The notes under the pieces are model-generated. The model worked only from the letters and a program-made list of their open reading frames with translations, was not told the origin of the DNA and made no database searches. The position numbers were made by a program, and so were the translations under genes. Shown here piece after piece: positions 1 to 10,461 of a DNA stretch of 64,000 nucleotides (the stretch's first letter is position 1; every line of letters starts with the position of its first letter). Source of the DNA: Octopus sinensis (taxonomy: Eukaryota). Where the stretch lies: the NCBI RefSeq assembly GCF_006345805.1, contig NC_043013.1, positions 52,824,001 to 52,888,000 of the forward strand, written 5' to 3'.

Positions 1-84
1 TGTTTGCATCATAATACACCACAAACTTACATGCGGTTGTTTCAATACACGTTTATACATATGCATAAAAGAATGCATGTATAT

Positions 85-177
<93 letters not shown>

Positions 178-395
178 AGAGAAATATATACATACATATC
201 TATATTACATGCATACATATGGCATGTATTATACAATCTTTCTTTATCTCAGTCGTCGATGAGCCGGAGGCAAGCTTGGGTTAATGTAAGTTATTTTCGT
301 AATGAAAAGCATTGTTATATTTATAATATAAGAATTATTTAACACACCGTGATTAAATTGTATTATTACTAGCACTGCTGCTGCTGCTGCTGCTG

Positions 396-443
<48 letters not shown>

Positions 444-736
444 TAAAGAATAAATCTCGTGTTATTAGTGTTAGTACAAAGATTTTCTTACGTCGTTATG
501 TTCTGATAAAGACATTGAGATATCTTTGCGTTTTTATGTGCTTTGCTGAAAGATATACTTATTATCATAGACAGACAGAACCTTCTCTCACTTACACCAA
601 TATGGAGATGCGACTTTGCGTGTGGGTGTGGGTTGGAGTTTTCGCATGCGTGCGCAGAATATTACCGATATACATACACACATACATGAAGGTATTTACG
701 CATATAACCACACACAAACACATATAAATATGTATG

Positions 737-772
<36 letters not shown>

Positions 773-1054
773 AATTCCGTGTTATATTCAAGTATAGATA
801 TAAGCATACATACAGCACTCATACACACACAAATACACACCACTCACACGAACAAATACACACACAAGCATAGGAATACACACAGACATATAAGTTCGTA
901 TGTATGTTTAGATATATAGTTATATATACTAATATATAAATTAATAGGTATTATATATCCTCTAGGTGAAATGATATTTGTGATCACACATTTGTAGAAA
1001 GTAGTATACTTTCACAATCTCCAATAATTGCATCCCTCTGTCACTCTCTCTCTT

Positions 1055-1091
<37 letters not shown>

Positions 1092-1890
1092 GTCTGTCTG
1101 TTTATCATCTTTCTATCTAACTATTTACGTATACTACTCTCTCTCTCTCCCCTCTCTCACTGTATATCATATGTGTGAATATATGTGTGCATATATATAT
1201 TTACATATACACATACTCATATATTTATATGTATATGAATATATGTATTTATATATATATATAATATATATTATATATATATTATATATATATATTTTAT
1301 ATATTCATATATATATATATATTGTGTGTGTGTGTGTGTGTGTATATGTATGTGTATATGTACGTATATATATATATAAGCATATATATTCATTTATACA
1401 TACTTTTACGTATGTATCTATTAAAATATGCATGTACATATAATTTTTATACTGATATGAAAAAGACATATATATATATATACATATGTATGTATTTATG
1501 TATGTATGTTTGTGTGTATACATACATTCATGTATATTCATAGCCAAGAAATAAAAGACTACTTTTTAATATGGCTTCCATGTCTCCCTCTTCCCTTCCC
1601 TCTTAAATGCTATAAGTGAGATATTACTGCTATTCTTTGCGTATGAAAGGACCTATTATTGCCTGCTTCGGTTTCATTTCGCCATTTTGATTTCTCTGTT
1701 AATGTATTCTATTTTTATAATTCTACATTATCAATCACTGTTTCCCCCATTCAGGCAATTATACATGTTCGCATGTATGTATGCATGTATGTATGTATGC
1801 ATGTATGTATGTACGTATGCATGTATGTATGTATGCATGTATGTATACATGTATGTATGTATATATGCATATATGTATGTATGCATGTAT

Positions 1891-2088
1891 GTGACCGAGT
1901 GTGTACCGTTGGCGATTTTTTTCCCTCCGTCATCCCTTCTCTGGATCTTTCCTTTTCCTATGTTTCTGATGAAGAGCTCCGCTCGAAACGTAAACCCCCC
2001 CCTTCTTCCCTTCCTTCCTGAGCGTCCAATAATACTCTACTTGTTCCACGTCCTCGCGTTGTTGTGTTTTCTCTTTGGATTAACTTTA
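1891..2088 (+). mobile_element. ~200-bp Penelope pLTR-like / retrozyme-like unit carrying a hammerhead ribozyme
   Basis: Begins GTGACCG and ends TTGGATTAACTT before (TA)n. It is colinear, with the same ends, with a reverse-strand copy at 43823-44020. Contains an HHR core and lies directly upstream of a GIY-YIG ORF remnant. Confidence 0.7.
1962..1995 (+). ncRNA. minimal type-I hammerhead ribozyme
   Basis: gttt-CTGATGA-a-GAGC-tcc-GCTC-GAAACGT-aaac: conserved CUGAUGA and GAAA boxes, 4-bp stem II, palindromic ACGT stem III. One nt shorter at the cleavage site than the 43916 copy. Confidence 0.7.
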
Positions 2089-2199
2089 TATATATACCTA
2101 AACTTCTCTTCCTCCCATCCCCTATTTCCAGTTCCTCCGTCTACGTAGGCTCTGTAGTGACGACCATGACTTTGAGACTTAGTCTCAACTCATGGCTCG

Positions 2200-2910
2200 C
2201 CACTTCATCATACGTGAATACCCCTTCAACACTATCCACACCGCCCTTGCCAGCATCTGCTCTCTCCCCCCGAACCCGCCCTGCAGTCTCCCGCCTCACT
2301 TTTCCCCTCACTTACCACCCCACCAACCTACCTCTCCAACGCACCATTCTTCGAGCTTTCCGGCATCACAGTCCGACCCGTCCACTCCACACCTCTTCCC
2401 TAACCGACCCCCTCCCCTCCTTCAAACGAGCCCATAACCTACGAGACCTCTTCGTCCACAGCATCTTCTCTGACCCTACCTCCCAACCTGGCTCATTCCC
2501 TTGCTCCCGCCCACGTTGCTGCACTTGCCCTTACCTCTCCAACAGCACCCTCCTCACCAGCACCCTTCTTCGACCCTATCGCATCATCGATTCCTTCACC
2601 AGCACCTCCAGCAATATCATCTATTGCATCTCCTGCTCTCTCTGCCATTTCCTGCACATCGGACAAACGGGACGCCGCTTGGCTGACCGGTTCGCGGAAC
2701 ACCTCCGAGACATCCGCCTTGCCAATGACACGCCGGTCTCACGCCATTTCCGCTCCCACGGTCACTCCTTGCTACACTAGTCTGTGTTCGGATTGTCCTT
2801 ACACAGAAGCCATCAGGATTCCCGCTTGCGCCGTGAGCAGGGATTAATCTTCTCTCCTCGCTCTTTTACTCCATTTGGTCTCAACTCTCCCCCTCCCTTT
2901 CATCTAATCT
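2200..2910 (+). mobile_element. Penelope-like element, C-terminal CCHH linker + GIY-YIG endonuclease remnant
   Basis: ORF 2064-2780 has PLTYHP, NLRDLFVHS, FPCSRPRCCTC, SNIIYCISCSLC..HIGQTGRRLADRFAEHLRDIR and VSRHF. The frame continues past a stop (SVFGLSL..RLRREQGLIF). A pyrimidine-rich 3' region and an HHR-bearing terminus follow. Confidence 0.88.
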
Positions 2911-3599
2911 CCCCCTTTCATCTAACCTCTCCCCGACTCCTACTTCTCTTCAGTCCTTCATAATTTCACCCCTACTCTCTTTCCCTCCTCTTCCCTTCTT
3001 TCCCTTCTCTTTTTCTCTCTGCTCCCTCACTCCCCTTCTCTCCTTCTCCCCTCCCCTCCCCTCCCCAACTCCCTCCCCTCTCATTCCCCCTCCTCCTCTC
3101 TTTCCTTATCCTCTCCCTCCTCCTCCTCCTTCTCCTCCCATCTCCCCCTCATCTCTCTTCTCTCTCCCCACAACCCCCACTCTGCCCCAACCTCCAGCCG
3201 AACCCACACCCCACATGGGCTTTCCCCACTATCTCCCCCACCTCCCCAAAACATCACACACCTACACTACACAACACCATACGACATTACACATCACATC
3301 ACAACACCCACCCCAAGTACACCGCCCCATACCCATCCCCACATCTTTACACCTACACATACATACACATATCATCATCACAACACACCACCCACACACC
3401 CATCCCCATATCTCCACACCCACACATACATACACACGTCCAGACCACCACCCTCTTTCACACGCACGTACATACTCTCTTATACACACACACACCTTCA
3501 TGTTGGGGCGAAGTCACTTGACCTTGTTATCTCCCCTACTATCCCTCTAGCGTCTAACGTCTGACCTCTGACATCTGATCTCTGATCTCTGACTTCTGC

Positions 3600-3849
3600 C
3601 TGAAATCAGAATGCCATCTTGGATCGTTAGCTCCTACACGCATTTTTTTTTCTCCTTGTGTCTCTCCTTGTTTCTTTTCTGTGTATCTTTCTGTTGAAGA
3701 GCGTAGGCTCAAACGTAAAAGACTTGTTTTATTTCTCTTCCTGAGCGCCATACTAATACAATTGTTGTTTGTACTCCACCTGCCTTCGTCTTTTGTTCCT
3801 TTATCGTAAACCTTCCTTCGGCTTTTGTTTATTTTCGTAAACCTTCCCG

Positions 3850-3850
<1 letters not shown>
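3600..3850 (+). mobile_element. Penelope 3' pLTR with variant hammerhead core
   Basis: tcttt-CTGTTGA-a-GAGC-gtag-GCTC-AAACGT-a-aaaga at 3686-3722 (the G of GAAA is missing), then TTCCTGAGCG..CTAATAC as in 1891-2088. Ends in (TA)n. Confidence 0.7.
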
Positions 3851-3929
<79 letters not shown>

Positions 3930-3945
3930 CGTGTGTGTATATATA

Positions 3946-4772
3946 TCCTTAAATCCTTAAAAATGTTTTAGCCCGAAGGCCGCGGCCATGCTGGGGCACC
4001 ATCGCTGAATGAGCTAAACTAATATGTGAATCCAGGTAGGTTCATCTGGAACTCCCGTCAAGAAAAGATCCAGTTTAGTTTTAAAGAAACTCGCATCCAC
4101 ACTATGTAAGTCTCTCAGGGAGGATGTTAAAGAGCTGTGGTCCTCTGAAACCCAAGCTGTTGCAGTATCTGGACCTGTATTTTGATGGTGATGTTGGAAT
4201 CTTTGGCACCATGTAGTGGCCCTCCGTTCTGCGGTTGGGGTAACTTTGAATGCCAAAGTTTGGGACAAGACCCTCCAGGATTTTCCAGATGTATATCACC
4301 GCATATCTCTTTCCCAGTAGCTGATATTTTGCATTGAGACGATTTTCTTTGTGTAGCTTCTCTGAATTGATTCGAGTTCTGCTGTTAGTTTTATATTGTG
4401 TGGTGACCATAGTTGGGAGCAGTAGTCCAAGCGGCTGAGGACGAATATTTTCCATAGGAACTTCATTGTCTCCTTCTCTCTTGTTCTGAAAGTTCGGAGA
4501 ATCCATCCATCTTGCTGTCTGCATTTTATCACCAGATTAGTACCATGCACTTGGAAAGATGCTCATTCTCATGTCAATGCCCAGGTCACGCACTGATTTG
4601 ACTCAGGGATTGCAATTCTTCCTGGGCCAGTGTACCAGTCTGCACGTCGTTTAACTTTGTGGGCCGTAGCGCAGGGCCTGGAACTTACCTGCATTAAACT
4701 GCATGTTGTTGTCCTCAGCCCACCTGTATATTGTATCCAACTCCGTTGCAGATGCGCAATATTTTCAGGGTT
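3946..4772 (-). mobile_element. 5'-truncated, frameshifted CR1/L2-type LINE 3' fragment
   Basis: Fragments SRLDYCSQLWSPH, RYAVIYIWKILEGLVPN, SLGFRGPQLFNILP and FKTKLDLFLTGVPDEP, homologous to the 10.5-13.1 kb copy. 3' tail GGTGCCCCAGCATGGCCGC. Confidence 0.9.
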
Positions 4773-5261
4773 TATATATATGTATAATATATATTATATA
4801 TATATTATATATATATAATATATATATATATAATATATATATATATATATGTATGTAGTATGTATGTATGTATGTTGTATGTATGTATGTATGTATGTAT
4901 GCATGCATGTATGTATCATGCATGTATGTGTATGTATGCATATATGTATGTATATATGCTATATATATGTATGTATGCATGTGTATATATGTATGCATGT
5001 ATGTATGTATGATTGCATGTATGTATGCATGTATGTATGCATGTATGTATGTATGCATGCATGTATGTATATATTGAAAGAGTTATGGATGATGAGATAT
5101 AGATAGATATACGCGTATATGCATATATATATATATATATATATTGCATACACATGATTATATATATGTATTTATGATTATGTGCTTATACATATATATA
5201 TGTATGTTTTTATTTATATGTATACATGTGCATAGCTATATCTATATGCATATACTCTTTT

Positions 5262-5435
5262 ACTCTTTTATTGGTTTCAGTCATGTGAATGTGGCCATGC
5301 TGGAGCACCGTCTTTAGTCAAGCAAATCGACCCCAGGATTTTCTTCTGCCGAACCGCTACGTTACGGGGACGTAAACACATCAGCATCAGTTGTCAAGCG
5401 ATGTTGGGGGACAAACACGACACACAAACATACAC

Positions 5436-5482
<47 letters not shown>

Positions 5483-5652
5483 AATATTTATATATATATA
5501 TACGACGGCTTCTTCTATATATATATGTATGTATGTATGTATGTATGCATGTATGTATGTCTACCAAATCCACTCACAAGGTGCCACGCAGTGGGACTGA
5601 ACCCGGAACCATGTGGGCGGTAAGCAAGGTACTTACCACACAGCTACTCCTA
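5262..5652 (-). mobile_element. tRNA-derived SINE with internal microsatellite (family A)
   Basis: Minus-strand head GTAGCTGTGTGGTAAG...GGTTCAGTCCC (A/B-box-like), internal (TA)/(TG)n, body GTTTACGTCCCCGTAAC..GCGGTTCGGC, and 3' tail GGTGCTCCAGCATGGCC shared with the LINE. Many copies in the window. Confidence 0.8.
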
Positions 5653-5672
5653 CCCTATATGCATATATATCC

Positions 5673-5735
<63 letters not shown>

Positions 5736-5812
5736 CACACACACACACACATATATATATAGCTGCATATAAATATATATATATGATGTATATACACGCA
5801 TTCATATGCTAT

Positions 5813-5844
<32 letters not shown>

Positions 5845-6937
5845 CATAAATGTAATGGTGTGTGTGTGTAATGATATATGCGCCATGAAAAGCGCTGTTA
5901 GAATATAGATCGCTATGAGACGTGTGTGTGAAAATAAAGCTATAAATACCTGGGTGCATTGCCAACGATTCCAATAATTGGTAAATGATCCAGAACTTGT
6001 TTGTCAGATTTTCGTTGTCAGAAAATATATTTAAATGAGTTACGCCTTGTTTTTCAGTTGCCAATTCTTTGTATTTCAGTAAATTCATGATTATTCATAT
6101 TTAAATGTTTATATGTGGTGTATATATGTAGGTAGATAGTTTTGATTTTATAGAAGTTTCGACGAATGAATGATGTACGAATATAAATGTAGATTTATGC
6201 ATTTCTATGTAGGTAGAGGTGTGGATATTTGCTAATGAAGCGCTTTTTACAACCACGTGGGTTCGAGGTCAGCCCTTGCATGCTACCTTGGGCATGAATC
6301 TTTTTTTATAGCACCGGTCAATGAATGAATTTCGAAGACGGAAACTATGTGGAATTTCGTCCTAAAGCAGACCCGGAAGATTGAGGGCATGCCATTGATG
6401 AGGTGGCGAATAATGAGGGAATAAAGCACCTTTTTCTGTAGTTATGGAAAGGGCCCGAATTCTGCTGCCAGTCACATAAACTTCCAGTTGCAGCCTCCTG
6501 CAACCCCGAGTCGATTGCAGTCAGTAAGAGTTTCATATGGCTGTTTGAAATGAGCGCAAGGCCTATTCAAAGATGTGAGGCCTATTCAAAGATGTCACAC
6601 CCACTGGAGACACATCAAGCACCGTCAGTCTGGGGGAACTTAGTTTTCATGATGTCCATGTCATGTCTTTCAGCCTTCACAATGTTCACAGAGCTTTGAT
6701 GTCGGCATTTTCTTAACCTGTGCAAATCATCAGGTTACAGGTAACTCTTTTCCAATATTCCGATGGCTTCTTTTCATCCAAGTCGGCTAACATTTTCTCC
6801 ACTACAACTTTATTCATTATGGCCTCCAACGTCGTTAACTGTTCACCGATACATTAAGCTATTCCTGAAGAACTGAGACATGAAAAAATAATTTTATCTA
6901 GTCTGAACATCCTGTACATGCACACACACACACTCAG

Positions 6938-6968
<31 letters not shown>

Positions 6969-7079
6969 ACACACACTCACACACAACATATACTCACACA
7001 CATGCAGAAAAGAAATGCAGGCAAGTATACAGGAGAGTTTGTTTTGGTGGTAGAACTTCGGATGGACATTTTCTTTCTC

Positions 7080-7520
7080 CGATGTTTGCTGTCATGACCC
7101 TAAAAATAGATTCTTTTTTCAACCTGAACAAACAGGCTAAAACATTCACAGAGTCCAAGTGTAATGATAACAGACGTGGAACGTTTCAATGCATGCATAC
7201 AGGAAGAGCCATTAGAACAAAAAATGGACAGATTTTCACAGATGCAGCTACAAACTGCAAAAGCAGAAATTTGATCTTCTGCATTAAATACCCTAATTGG
7301 CGAAACAGGGAATGCATTATCGGAACGCTCACGAGTTCACAGACAACAAATCCGGAACACTAATATTCGCCAAATTCCATTGAGTGAACATATAGAAACA
7401 CGTGGTCAGAAAATGTTTCTAATGTTTCGTTTCCACAAAATACACGACACAAGTGAAGTTGGATGGAAGATAAAAGAAAAAAACGTTTCGTTAAAATGTT
7501 CTGAACGGAAATACCAACAA
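7080..7520 (+). mobile_element. highly degraded Penelope-like GIY-YIG remnant
   Basis: NCKSRNLIFCIKYPN, and ERSRVHRQQIR in another frame, match the PLE GIY-YIG pattern (NLIY.I.C ... R.RVHRQQI). Confidence 0.55.
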
Positions 7521-8494
7521 TAATATAACGACCAGTTTATGATTTAGATGAAAAGATATATTTAACATATGAATATAAACAAATTACAGAAAACTACCAC
7601 CAATTGAAATAAAAATGATCGAAACCAACTGAGTTTTCTCACTCATAAAACCATTATATCTAAACCACAAGCTAATTGATTAAAATAAAGGAGGGATCTA
7701 TGCCAGCAATATCGGAGCGCCCGAGAAACCGTGATGTTTAATCTGCATGCTGATTTGTCAAAACCGTATTCGAAAAAGTCAGCTTGTCGGAGCTTCCTAA
7801 AAGGTACAAAAAGGAAGAAGTCAGTCATTTTACTACAGTGGTCAAGAACGCAACTCAAATGTCAGTCAATATCTTTTGAAATCTGATGATTACTACGAAT
7901 CTATAAAAGCGCCAATTGAACTTTATGAACATTACTAAATGTTTTTCTAATGTTTAACACACTTCAACATTGTAAAAGTTTTTTTAATACAATAATAAAA
8001 ACGTGAAAACGAGACCATGTAACTATTCAAACGACATATTCTATACACTTATATTCATCGACTATTTTCAAAAAGCATAAACCAAGTATCTACATATCAA
8101 TGTATAGTGCAGCATAATTAGCGGTCACCTGGTTGCGTGCACGGGTTTATAGCGTAGCCTGCTTTCGCTAAATGTTTCTGGTGCCTTTTAGAAACATCGA
8201 CACTCTCTCGGTTCCTTCATCATTGACAAGCAGAACATTTAGAATATCACTACTGGAGAGAAAGATGGTTGCATCAACCAGTAGCCTATACTCTTTACAT
8301 CTCTGTTGAGTGCCAACTGGCTCAGGCATAAAACGATCTATACTCTCCGTACTAGCTATACTATAATATATTATACTATACTCATCTATACTATACGATC
8401 CATATGAACGGGATCAGGGTGCTTTAATTACTAACATCCACGACCTAATTTATAGCTATTTTTTTCTTTTTGCATTCTGTATTAGAGTATATCG

Positions 8495-8808
8495 TGGAGG
8501 CGCAATGGTCCAGTGGTTAGGGCAGCAGACTTGCGGTCGGAGTATCGCGGTCTCGATTCCCAGACCGGGCGTTGTGTGTGTTTATTGAGCGAAAACGCAT
8601 AAAAACTCCACGATGCTCCGGTAGGAGGTGGTGGCGAATCCTGTTGTACTCTTTCACCACAACTTTCTCTCACTCTCTCTTCCTGTTTCTTGAGTAACGC
8701 TGCGATAGACTGGCGTCCCGTTCAGCTACAGGGGAACACATACGCCTCAGAAACCGTGAAACCGGGCCCATGAGCCTGGCTAGGCTTGGAAAGGGCGACG
8801 TTTATTAT
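8495..8808 (+). mobile_element. tRNA-derived SINE (family B)
   Basis: GGAGGCGCAATGGTCCAGTGG (A box), GGTCTCGATTCC (B box), central GCTGCGATAGACTGGCGTCCCG motif and (TTA)n tail. Degraded relative at 43535-43730. Confidence 0.75.
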
Positions 8809-10370
8809 TATCGTATTAGAGCAGATTACTGTAACACATTATACACGAACAATGTAATGTTATTCAAGTATAAGATTATATCATTATTCCTACATGGTTT
8901 GTGGCGAGCAAAGTCACATGATCACATGCCTACAAAACTATCAACGTGCCTCCCTGAACAACAGAATATCTTGAATCTGATAAAAGAATGGGTGAAAATG
9001 CCGAATAACGGACAAAATAACTGGTAGTATTTAGTTGAATCGATTTTTGTTCTGACTTAAAGTCCCTTTCAACTCTGGATTATCTTTCATGATTCGGATA
9101 CCGATAAAAAGAAATTTCCTTTGCTTTGAGCACTATCTTGTAAAAGAACAATCCTTGGGACTTCCTTTCACAAAAACTCTGTGAATTTTATTGAATTTCG
9201 TGGGAGAATAAATACAAAACTGATTTCCCGTTGTCTTTCTTTGAATAATTTTATAAGACACCTGGGAAGGAATTGAGAAATGGAAGGAATACCGCCATGC
9301 ATTTTATCCGTGCCTTCAAAAATGTTGCCAATTCAAAGTGTTATAATTACCAGTGGATTAAATATTATAATTACACGTGACGTAGGTCGACTGCTGCATC
9401 CCCCTGTCACGACATGGCTATATTCCAAACATTAAAGACAATGCAGAAAATATGAAAAGCGGGGGGGGGGGAGAATAAGATTTGGTCACGTGACACAAGA
9501 TGCTTACGTCTAAGTATAGAACTGTTGTACTATTGTTGCTTTACTTCTTTTCTTACTTTCTTCTTACTTCCTTCTTTTTCTTTTTCTTCTTTCATCATCT
9601 TTCTTCTTGTAATTTTTCTTCTTTTTCTTCTTCTTCTTCTTCTTCTTCTTCTTCCTCTACTACTACTATTACTACTACTACTACTTTAGCTACTCCCGTC
9701 TCCTCCTCCTTCTCGTACTCCTTCTTTTAACTACTACTATTTCTTTTTTCAACCTCTCTTGTCTCCTCCTCCTTCTTCTCCTACTTTTTCTTTTTCTTCT
9801 ACTTCTCTCCTCCCCCATCTCCTAACTCCACCTCCTCTTCTCATAACTTTTTTCTTTGCTTCCTTCTCCTCCTTCTTCTCCTCCCCTTCTTCTTCTTCAT
9901 CTTCTTCTTCTTCTTTTCTTCTTCTCTTTCTCGCTCATCCTCTCCCCTTCCTTCACAGCTTTGCTCGTTGAAACTTTTTGCTTAAAAGCCTCTCCAACCT
10001 CGCCTGTCCCGACGTATTTTCGGATTATGCTCACATACAATTAAATCTGACGCAACTTCGTTTCTTTAGAGAGAATATATCGGAATTTCAGGGAGATTTG
10101 GCTGCTACCACTAAAAGACCAAACGATTACGTAACGCCTTTTACTCTCTCCATATTCTCTCATTGTCTTTTCTCTCCTTTTCTCTAACATAACATTTTTC
10201 CATTTTCTCTCTCTCTCACTAATACTCTCTACAGTCATCTCTCTCTCTCTCTCTCGGAATCACTTATTTTCTGATAATCGCTGCTCAACCTCTCCCTCAA
10301 TACGCACACATACACAAACACACACAAGCAGACAGACACACACACACACACAACACACACACACACACAC

Positions 10371-10412
<42 letters not shown>

Positions 10413-10461
10413 TAATATATATTACATACACACACACATGTGTGTTTACATTATAAATATA

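Noticed and set aside
6360-6480. HDV-like ribozyme resemblance (GGGCA-TGCCAT...GTGGC-GAAT; CGAATTCTGCTG)
   Set aside because: I could not identify P1/P2/P3 partners upstream; only the P4/J4-2-like half is present.
6559-6596. AGGCCTATTCAAAGATGT direct repeat x2
   Set aside because: Simple local tandem duplication; no array or spacers.
8495-8570. tRNA gene candidate
   Set aside because: A/B boxes are present but there is no complete cloverleaf or terminator; it continues into a SINE body.
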